From Dimorphilus gyrociliatus (taxonomy: Eukaryota > Animalia > Annelida), in contig CAJFCJ010000115.1 of assembly GCA_904063045.1 (NCBI GenBank), forward strand, positions 1-35,861: DNA of 35,861 bases, in the 5' to 3' direction. The notes below the pieces were generated by a model. The model was not told where the DNA came from. It did no database searches and saw only the letters and a program-made list of their open reading frames with translations. The translations under genes were made by a program, and so were the position numbers. Below are positions 19,951 to 29,633 of the stretch, one piece after another (positions within the stretch are counted from its first letter, which is position 1; each line of letters opens with the position of its first letter).

Positions 19951-22900
19951 TCAGAAAAGATGCTTCTACAGAAACCTCAAATTTTTGGAATAGAAAGCAT
20001 GTACCTGACAACAAAAATGCTACTAAAGAAAAGTTTTCAAGCCAAAAAGTCCAAAAGTATGCACCAACTCCAACAAACAGGTATTATAAGAAAAATCAAC
20101 AAGCTAAGACAATACTGAAAGAGGAACCTAAGCTACAAAAATTAGAAACATTAGACAATGAAAGCATGTCACAAAATGACGAAGTTCAAGATATTCTCTG
20201 TTTTTCAGATAGTGACGAATCCACTTGTCAGCTGTTACAAAGCAAACAATCTGAGCAAAATGCTTCAACATTTATTGGACAATTTGAAACAAATACTGGT
20301 TTTAAGTTTGATGCCTTGATAGACTCTGGTAGTGACAGATCTTTCATTTCAAAAAAGGTATTAAGACAAGTTCAAGGAAAAGCATCCTTCCCAGAACAAA
20401 CTATGAAAAATGCTAGAGATGCTTCAGGAAATAGCATAGAGATATGTGGAGAAATCATTCTCAGACTTTATTTTAATGGAAAGATTATTAAACAATGCTT
20501 TCTGATCAACAAAATCATTACACAACAATGTATTATTGGGTGTGACTTTCTACAACAAAATGGAGCTACCCTTGACTTTGGCAAGAGACAGATTATACTC
20601 CAGCCAGGTTCAGAAAAGAATTACCCTGTTGGAACACAACACTTATCTTTCAAAGGATTTTACCCAGTTCCTCTTATGAAAAAGAATGAGAGTCAAATAC
20701 ATACCCTTCAGACAACAATTGAACAAGAAAATCCTGAGATGAAGGACAAAGTTACCCAAATTCTGGCGAAATATAAAGAAACTATTGCAGAAGACAGATT
20801 TGATATTGGCAATCCAGAGGTACCACCCTTGGAAATAACTCTTGAACCAGGTTCAACACCATATAGACAAAGGCCATATAGAATGCCTCCTCAAAAGCAA
20901 GAAGAATGTAAGCAACAGATAGCTGAATTGGTAAAAAGCAAAGTTATTCAACCAATCAAAAGCAATTGGGCTTCACCAATTGTTTTCGTAAGAAAGAAGG
21001 AAGGTAGTCTATGAATGTGTGTAGATTATAGAAAACTAAACAAAATGACAATTAAAAACAAGTATCCACTGCCAAATCAAGATGATCTTTTTGACCATTT
21101 GGGAGGAGGAAATAAATTCTTTTCTACAATGGATTTGACAAGTGCATACCACCACATTAACATCAAGAAAGAAGATAGGTCTAAAACAGCATTTATTACA
21201 CCTTTTGGCTTGTTTGAATTTATTAAGATGCCTTTTGGATTAATGAATGCCCCTCCTCATTTTAGTTATGTAATGAATTCATTTGTGCTAAAGGATGTAA
21301 AGCATTTGTGCCTAAACTACCTCAATGACATAATAATATTTACCAAGTCACTGGACCAACATTGGGAAGCATTGGAGACCATTCTTCAACAGATTCAAAA
21401 GTACAATTTTAAGATTAAACTAAGTAAATGTGTGTTTTTGAAAGAACAAGTTCAATTCTTGGGACACATTGTATCAGAAAAGGGGATTGAAACACCTAAG
21501 TCCAAGACAGATAAATTATATAATTTACAGCCACCAGTGTTTGCAAATTCACTACTAAGCTTTGTTGCATTTTGTGGCTATTACAGAAAATTTATACAAG
21601 ATTTTGCAAGAGTAGCTAAACCTCTGTATATGTTAATGAAACTACATGGGAAAAAGGATAAATTGCAATGGACTGAGGAAGCCAAGCAATCATTTTTCAA
21701 ATTGAGAGATGCAGTAGTTAACCTCCCTGTATTACAACCTGATTTTGCTAAAGATTTTCACTTAATAACAGATGCATCGAATGTAGCTGTAGGAGAAGTT
21801 CTTGAACAAGTTTATGTAGATGAGAATGGGAAGAAAACAATGAAACCCATTGCCTACACTTCAAAACAATTCAACAATAATCAAATGAAATATGCAGCCT
21901 ATCAAAAGGAAGCATTTGGTGTTTACTGGGTTGTAAAGAAATTTTTACATTACCTTCAAGACAAGCCATTCTTTTTATATACTGACCATCAGAGTCTAGT
22001 ACAAAGATTTAAGCAAAACAAATTGAATGTCAGCACAGCAAAATGGGTCATGGCTTTAATGGATTTAAAATTTACAATTAACTATGTGATAGGACGAAAA
22101 AATAGAGCAGATGCATTAACAAGATTAGAAGAATATACACCCCCAAGGTAAGTAACATTTGAAGAGCTAATTCATGGAAGAATCAAAGAGGAGAATTCTC
22201 CCTCTATTTCAGTTAAAATGGAACAGTATGAACATACACCAGATCTAACTTTTGTAGCTACCAGTGATAACAGTGAAGAGAAAATTGATTTGTCTTCTGT
22301 TGACTTACAGTCAGAGCAAGAAAAAGATGTGAATTTGAAATCAATTAAAGAATATTTAACACTGGATGGTCAGCTACCTATTCCTTATTTTGGAACTTTT
22401 ACACCTTTCATAATGGAGATGTTTTTTCACAAGGAAATGATCTGGATTATCCTTGAAAAAAGAAACATTCTGGTTTTACCTGACCATTTGATGCTAACTC
22501 TGCTCCCTAAATTCCATAAAAATAAAATTCACAATCACCATGGACCCAGAATGACATTACAAATAATTACAAAGACCTTTTGGCATCCAAAATTAAAGAT
22601 TATGATTGAGAATTCAATAAAGGATTGCACTTTGTGTGAACAAATGAATGGTAGGAGTAGAGTATACCCTTTGGTAGAAACCTTTCACCCTGCATCACCA
22701 ATGGAGTTGGTGGCCATGGATATAATTGGACCCTTACCCATGGTTAAGTCATACAGATTCATACTTGTGATAGTGGATCATTTCAGTAGATACACAGTTT
22801 TATATGCACTCAAACAGCAAACCAGTAAAGAAATTGCAAGTCTTCTTTTCAACAGATTTTTTCCCATTTTTGGAATTCCAAAACAAATGTTGACAGATCA

Positions 22901-23369
22901 AGGAAGAAACTTTGTTGGTAAAGCTTTTAAAGAGTTTATGGAGGTATTAGGTATTGAGAAAATCCAAACAACAGCTTATAGAAGCCAGAGCAATGGACTA
23001 GTTGAAGGAAGAAATAGAGAAGTGAGGAAGGAAATCAATAAATTAGTGGTGGAAGAAAATCAGCATAACTGGGTTGCAAACCTACCCTTGATTCAAGCAT
23101 TTTTGAATCAATCACCTGTAGGAAGTACAAGACTACCACCACAGGAACTTCTTTTTGGCACCAGCACAATAACACTGATTGATGTAACAATGCATACTAC
23201 CTCTCCTGAAACAAACATACTATTTGTATTCAATCACCAGCAGCAATTGGTACAGTTAAGAGCTACAGCCTTCTGTAAATCCATCATGGCTAAAGAACAA
23301 TATAGGGAAAGAAAGAGTAGAAATCTCAATCTTCCAAAATATTTTGAGGTTGATGATGAAGTATTCTAA
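19851..23369 (+). pseudogene. pol: Pol (protease, RT, RNase H, integrase) in one frame with two internal stops
   Basis: PR ALIDSGS; RT CVDYRKLN, MPFGLMNAP, YLND (YxDD mutated); RH ITDASNVAVG; IN HHCC, MDIIGP, TDQGRNF, SNGLVE. ORFs 20166, 21015 and 22218 share a frame, broken by TGA 21012-21014 and TAA 22149-22151; IN C-terminus appears truncated. Confidence 0.92.
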
Positions 23370-26300
23370 AGAAATTATCAAACTAACACCTGAACATTGC
23401 AGACAGATGGTTAAAGACAAACAATCTTTCCAAGGAAAAGCCTTAACTGTTAAAAGCAACACTTGGATCTACAGAGATAAATTCCCAGAAGCATATACAT
23501 GGCCAACAACTACAGAAGTCCTAGAATATACCACCATCATTCAGTTTGGAAAAGCATATTGGCAACCTCCAAATATGAAAATTACTACCAATCTTGACTA
23601 CCTAGAAGACTGTCTACCAGGGCAGTCATACTGTGAAACAGAAGAAGCTATTATTGTCTTAAGAAACCTTAAAAACAATTACACTATTGGACAACAATCA
23701 CCATGGAAGAAAATTGGTAACCAAGTTAGCTGTATAAAATTTGCTGGTCACTATTCTTGCCCAGGGTATTCTATTCTAGACATCCCTTACCAAGACAAAT
23801 TCATTGATGGTATTGGTGGCCCTGGAACCAAAGTAGTAGTGCCATTAGAAGAAAGGAATCTGATATTGGAAACAGCCAGTGAACACCTATACCAAGTATT
23901 ACACTATCATAGGATTGCAGAAATTGAAGAAAAACAATTATTAAACTATCCCAATAAAGTAAAAGTACAACTCACATTATATAAACATAACGGGAACAAC
24001 AGAAGTCGCCCAGGGCAGAAGTCGCCCAGGACAGAAGTCGCCCAGAAATTGATAGAAGTCGCCCAGAGCTGTGACAGAAGTCGCCCAGAACTGTGATAGA
24101 AGTCGCCCAGGACTATGACAGAAGTCGCCTAGAACTGTAGAAGACATAATGTGTTTGTTCTTTGTTTCTATTGATTTCTGACAATTGAAATATATAATAA
24201 GTATTAATAAATATAGAATGCATCATTTAATAATAACTAAATAGTGAATGAATTAAATAATAAAATACTGGCATTCTGTTGAAGGTTTCACATAAATATC
24301 ATTTATTTGCTTAAACTTGTGCACAAACTTGAGGTTCTATTTGGATCAGTACAGCAGAAAATTCCCACAATCACAATACAAAGTACAGTATTGAGTTTTA
24401 AACTAAAAATCTTATGCATTTCATTTAATTTATTAAATTTGTTTCTACATTCAAAGCAGAATTTTGCCATGTTCATCAATTTCTTTCAAATACCTCTTAT
24501 GTCAAAGATCATGAGAATTAAAAAAAAATTGTAAGATATATACATGATTTTAAAGAGACTAATATTTTTATCAAAACAATTGTTACTTTTGAAGGATTAC
24601 AATGCAGAAAATCACTTAATTCGAATAGCTAACAATTCAATTTTCACAACAAATCAAGTGGTAAAACATTACTCTACAAAAAAAACTGGTAAAACAATTT
24701 CTTTCATTATCACTCAGAGATTACAAATAATAAATACAAACTACTTCATAAATTATTTTCATATATTTTGCATTTTATTAAGCATACTGTAAACTTCTAG
24801 TACACTTCTGGGCGACTTCTGTCATAGTCCTGGGTGACTTCTATCACACTTCTGGGCGACTTCTGTCACAGCTCTGGGCGACTTCTATCAATGTCTGGGC
24901 GACTTCTGTCCTGGGCGACTTCTGCCCTGGGCGACTTCTGTCGTATTCAAACATAACAATCTTTTACCCAGCCTTAATGAATGGTATAGAGAAACTAACA
25001 CAAAGTATAAATTAATGAGAGCTAAGGGTAAATTGAGAGAAATTGTGACCTATCACTTGCAGCAACCTATTAGTCCATCACATTGGGAGTTAGATAACTA
25101 CTATATTGAAGAAATGTTAAAAGCAGTAAACTGGACAAGGGCAGCAAGACAGTCAGTGACAATTTCAAAGTTTGTGTATAGTGAGAAAAGAATTTAAAGG
25201 AAAATATTACCTACAATAGGTGTATGGTACAGAGGACCAAGTGCAAGGGAGTTTACACTCAGTGAGGAAGGAAGCTATTATGCTTTACAAATGAGAATTG
25301 CAAAAAAGCAGATGAAGAAAGAAGCAAGACTAAGAGGAGTAAAAAAGTCTCACTATAAATTCCCACTAAAAATAAGAGAGGCTGCTCAAACATCTGCTTT
25401 GCTACAAGGAATTGACTCTAATTTTAAGAATTTGAAAAAGTTCACTGAGCAATTATCAGGACTACTCTGCAATCAATTTATACAACGAAGTAGAATGATT
25501 GCATTACTTGCAAACCTGGACCCTCAGCTGACCACATTGACAGACCAGTTGGGTATGCACAGTAGTCAAATGGGAGAACTAGCAATAGTTAAGCAATGTT
25601 CACCAATAGCTTCCACAGAAGTAGTTTGTGACTTAGCAATAATAAAGAAGGATAACAAATGTTCCCAATTCTTAATTGTTGCAATGAATAACCTTCTCTT
25701 TCAGGTAGAACCTGTTACTCATGTTCTACAGCAAGTTAATTTGGAACAAATTACCTATAATGACTGCAAAACAAAGAAGCTTTTCTACAAAACAACTCAT
25801 AACCCTCTAAGCCCTGTAAGAACTCAAACAATGAAAGACAAAATGTATGTTTATTATTCTGAAAAAGGATGCAAATTTCACACTGTATCTGCAAAATCAA
25901 TGCAGTTAAAGATCAATAATCAACTGTCTGAACCAGAGCTGGAAATTGCTAGGCTAGCTGACCTACTCCATCATGGGATAAAGAAAGATATTGGGTACCA
26001 ACACTCAAAAATACAGCAAGCAATTGAGTCACTGGAACACAATCAAGCTAGATATGATAGCATGGTACATATTGCAGAAGAAAATGGCATTGTACAGGGT
26101 CTATCTGGAATTAAACAATTTTTCCACCATTGGTATTACCAGCCTGGAAAAACACTTTACATCATTTTATGAAATATTTGCTTGAGTATCCTAGTATTGA
26201 TAATTGGTGTTATGATTATCCACAATTGTAGAGTGGGAAACAAGCAAAAGCCTGTAGAAAACACCATAAATGAGATTGAAGATGACTTCTCAGAGCAGCC

Positions 26301-26382
26301 CATTCCTAACACACCAAGCCCAGGAAAAGATCAATCTGAGAAAGAGGAGCCACCTCCTGTGATCCTACTCAAACCAAGATGA
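23344..26382 (+). pseudogene. env: Env-like glycoprotein, class III fusogen (gB-like) pattern; interrupted and 5'-truncated
   Basis: Removing 23992-24957 fuses ...LYKHN to NLLPSL... in frame; continues through TAA 25195 and TGA 26170 to a TM (YIILxNICLSILVLIIGVMII) and acidic/Pro tail ending at 26382 before the PPT; ~690 codons. Motifs LTPEHCRQM, CLPGQSYC, LLC...LDP...GELAIVKQC. Confidence 0.7.
23992..24948. mobile_element. 957-bp non-autonomous MULE/foldback-type element inserted in env
   Basis: Exact 9-bp TSD AAACATAAC (23983-23991, 24949-24957); ~150-bp near-perfect TIRs, each with 7 copies of AGAAGTCGCCCAG; AT-rich non-coding centre. Confidence 0.92.
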
Positions 26383-26398
26383 AGAGTCTCATCTTCAC

Positions 26399-26412
26399 AA
26401 AGAAGGGGGAAG
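26399..26412 (+). promoter_or_regulatory. Polypurine tract
   Basis: AAAGAAGGGGGAAG immediately before TGTAC of the 3' LTR. Confidence 0.85.
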
Positions 26413-26413
26413 T

Positions 26414-27018
26414 TGTACAACTTTTGTTCTATTCTATTCTTATTCTATACTACTATTATATATAATTTACTACAAACTGATGCAAGGAAATACAATAACA
26501 TGTGGCCTAACACAGACCTTCTTTGTCATACTTAAGGTTCATCCTAAGTACCATTTAAGTTTTGGCCACATTATGATTGATGAGCTTGTCTAAGGTTTTG
26601 GCCAAACTATGATTAATTAACTTTCTCAAGTGGGGAACTTTGTAACATATTGTTCTAGGACAAACATGAACTAGGTGAGTTCACAGCTGTAAAGTGGTGA
26701 TTGGATGCTAGACAATAATCTTCAAGTATATAACTCCTCACTGCTTTACTCCAATTGGCTAACCTCAACCTGGGAGGATGAACTGGAACCAACACCCACT
26801 GGGATCTTTCTACTTCCTCAACATTGGACACTAGTTTGGTAATTTGGCAACCTACTGTTACCCACTACTTACTCTGCTATTGAACTTTCATATTGTTACT
26901 TGCTTAAGTATTATTTTCAATAAACCACTTAAATTTAAACACTTTGTTTAAAGGTTCGAGTAGAACCAGTACCGTTATAAGTTACAAACACATAAATTGG
27001 CAAGACCAAAGCAGTACA
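26414..27018 (+). repeat. 3' LTR (605 bp)
   Basis: TGTAC...GTACA termini, follows PPT, TATA and AATAAA in the portion homologous to the 5' LTR. Confidence 0.85.
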
Positions 27019-27698
27019 GTAATCATATTACAAGATTCACACAAGCCTCCACTCATTTCTGCTTCAATTAAATAAATAAATGAAATATCTTAAAATCAAT
27101 TGAATAATTACCTATACATGTATGATTGCAACAAATGCATTTCAATTTCATTTTGGGGAATGGTTCACAAAGATTGCAAATGTGCTGAGTTGGATCTTTA
27201 AAAAAGAGCTTATTAAATATAAATAGATATATCTATATATTAATGAAAAGACATCTACCTTTGAGACACTTTTGGTGGAGAAATTTTTTTCATTCAACAC
27301 ATTTTATCTTCTTTTGTCTACCATAAAATCGAATATCACTGTTTGGTCAAAGTGAAGCCATCTTTGAGTTGAGGATTTACCTGGAAAAAATTGTAACAAT
27401 CTATATATGAAAAAGACATTTTTTTAACATTAAAATTATACTCACAGTCTTTATAGGGTAAGCAAATATAACAATATTAAATTTTACCTTTACACTTTCA
27501 AATCATGTAAACAGGAAGTAAGGGACTGCTTTCTTTGTCATGAAATACACCTGGTAATGCAGAGTTTGATATCTACCAGTTTTCTCAAAAGCAGAGTTTT
27601 AGTTTGCTAAGTATTGTAACTACAATAAAAGGTTTCTCATTTTACAGTATATATATTTCTTATACTTTCTTTTAAAAATGATAAAACTTACTGTTACC

Positions 27699-27822
27699 AA
27701 AAGGGGATGACTTTTCCCAAAAAAGAGGATGACTTTTCCCAAAAAAGAGGATGACTTTTCCCAAAAAAGGGAACGACTTTTCCCAGGGACGAGTTTTCCC
27801 AGGGACAAGTTTTCTGGCTCCC
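27699..27822 (-). repeat. Orphan MULE-type end with subterminal GACTTTTCCCAAAAAAG / GTTTTCCCAGGGAC repeats
   Basis: Minus strand begins GGGAGCCAGAAAAC, followed by six spaced TTTTCCC/TTTTCT-core repeats including three ~21-bp tandem units. Confidence 0.65.
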
Positions 27823-27953
27823 ATTCTGAAGTGCTCTCCATGTCCTTTTATTGTATATGAAAAGCCATTGTGAATCATTAATGATTTTCCTTTTTGGCTT
27901 TCATTCTTGAAAATTTTAAATGCTTCATCATCATCTAAATTTGCTTCATTCAA
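27823..27953 (-). pseudogene. FLYWCH-like N-terminal fragment, likely 5' end of a MULE transposase gene
   Basis: FKIFKNESQKGKSLMIHNGFSYT fits the FLYWCH start (S.KG..L..NGY.Y); cut by the repeat at 27822 before the W.C motif; lies downstream of the end at 28562. Confidence 0.45.
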
Positions 27954-28446
27954 GTGAAATATTTTCTTGCATAGACTTCATATGCATTCATATTTTTTAT
28001 ATATTTTTGTTTGGCAAGAATAGCAAGAAGGAGCCATTTTGAAAGTGGTCTGATATAAAGTAGAACTTTCTGTTAAAATGCAATCAAAAATTTTCTGAAA
28101 AAAAAATGATGACAAGAACAAAATCAGTTCTTTCTAAATATAAAATAAACAACCCTCTAATATGGCCATTAAACATGTTTGAATTATGAAATTTATGAAT
28201 GTTACCTAATGGTTTCCAACTGAAATAGTTTCAGTGAAATATACATTTTACAAAAGAAAACTGGTATATTATTTTAGTTGTGATATTATCACTTACAAAC
28301 ATTTAATTATGTGTAGGTTTTGAGTAGTTAAAAATAATATAATTAAATACTAAAAATATGTACCTTATTAAATAAAACAAAAAGTAGCATCTAAGTCTTT
28401 TTTTTAACAATTATTTTTATTATTATCTATATAAAAGGTGGTTTTT

Positions 28447-28562
28447 GGCCATTTTCAGTCAGAGTTCTGGCTGTTTTCAATCATAGATCTGGCTGTTTTT
28501 AACTGAGCTGTGGCTGTTTTAAACTCTGGCCGTTTCAATCCTGGCCGTTTTCTATTGGTCCC
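28447..28562 (-). repeat. MULE-type end with ~6 subterminal CTGGCYGTTT repeats
   Basis: Minus strand begins GGGACCAATAGAAAACGG, nearly identical to the MITE A1 end GGGATCAACAGAAAACGG. Confidence 0.65.
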
Positions 28563-28580
28563 AATATTTGTATATATATC

Positions 28581-29148
28581 TGTACTTTTCTGCTGGGGTT
28601 GTAGGTAAGTACTTTTACAAATAGAACCAAATTAGGAGTATGCCACTTAGAAGAGAGATGTAGAATTGAAGGAGGATGAATATAGAACCAAAATGTAAGA
28701 CTAATGTAACTGTATTCTAAAGTACTAGACCTGTTCACTAAGGGAGTTGATTCAGGACTGAATGCCTGTTACTACCTATGCCCTGGTTTTATACAATTCC
28801 TTATCAGTTGTTTATGTCTCAGCTGTCAACAACAATGGTTTAACCCCAGATAAGGAATGTTCACAACAAACAGGGTCAAGGGCTGTCAAATTATTCAAAA
28901 GTGATGTAAACAACAAGGGTCTAACCCCAGATAAGGGTTGTTCACAACAAATAGGGTCAAGTGTTATCATATTATGTAATATTGATGTAAACAACAACTT
29001 TGTACAGGTTATCCCCTCAAGTGTCAATTCTTACATCATATTTATGTAAATAAACACTTGTTGTTGTCAACATGTTTGATTATGTAACATTTTATCCTTT
29101 GCCTATAAAAGGGGTTGGTTCTGATAGTTTGGTCCCATCTACCCTACA
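28581..29148 (-). repeat. LTR-like dispersed repeat family C, copy 2 (probable solo LTR)
   Basis: TGTA...CTACA termini; homologous to 12056-12547; carries an extra internal ~75-bp tandem duplication (AACAACAAGGGTCTAACCCCAGATAAG...); no TSD found. Confidence 0.65.
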
Positions 29149-29206
29149 GGCAACATCTACTTCAACACTTCTACCTTATGGAAATTTATGCAGACTACTT
29201 TATATA

Positions 29207-29623
29207 TGTACCAAAACTTTTCATATTAACATCTCTTTGTCTAATCCTGTAGTTTAATTCTTGATGTTTTTGGTGTAACAAAATGTTATTTATTAATCCT
29301 TAAATAAACTATGCACTTCAGTGATTTCTTATTTAAATACATTTTATATTGCAAACCTTTTTCTTTGCTAAATTCTTTTCATAAGACAGAATTTTCACAT
29401 TCCCATGTGTCATTCTATAACACTACTTTCTGTTTGATATGAAACATTCTTTCCATAGGACATTTATTCCATGGGATGTTCATTACTGGTCCTTCTCTTA
29501 TTGCTACTTGCTTGTAACATTTTGAATAAACCAATTTCATTTAAACATTTGTTCAAAGGTTTGAGTTTACCCAGTGTTGTTGTAACTTACAAACTAATAA
29601 ATTTGACAAGCAAGAGCAGTACA
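29207..29623 (+). repeat. Solo LTR related to the env-bearing gypsy family
   Basis: Last ~120 bp match both LTRs (TTGCTACTTGCTT...AATAAACC...TTTAAACATTTGTT.AAAGGTTTGAGT...GAGCAGTACA); 5' end inferred from TGTAC at 29207. Confidence 0.65.
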
Positions 29624-29633
29624 ATATTTCAAT

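Larger units (their letters stand above)
18699..27018 (+). mobile_element. Ty3/gypsy LTR retrotransposon with env-like third ORF (errantivirus-like), defective and probably chimeric
   Basis: LTR-PBS-gag-PR-RT-RH-IN-env-PPT-LTR order all visible; IN after RH defines Ty3/gypsy. Confidence 0.92.

Noticed and set aside
23992-24140. CRISPR-like appearance of short repeats with variable linkers (also 14044-14137, 24795-24948, 27699-27822, 28447-28562, 7054-7129)
   Set aside because: Repeats are 11-21 bp with 3-10 bp linkers, mirrored in TIRs with a TSD, eukaryotic context, no cas genes.
24307-24792. ORFs 24307..24534 and 24544..24792 as cargo genes in the env insertion
   Set aside because: TTG/weak starts, AT-rich, no motifs; consistent with chance.
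28535-29257. ORFs 28535, 28762, 28812, 29072
   Set aside because: Lie within the LTR-like repeat and its internal duplication; not conserved in frame in the copy at 12056-12547.
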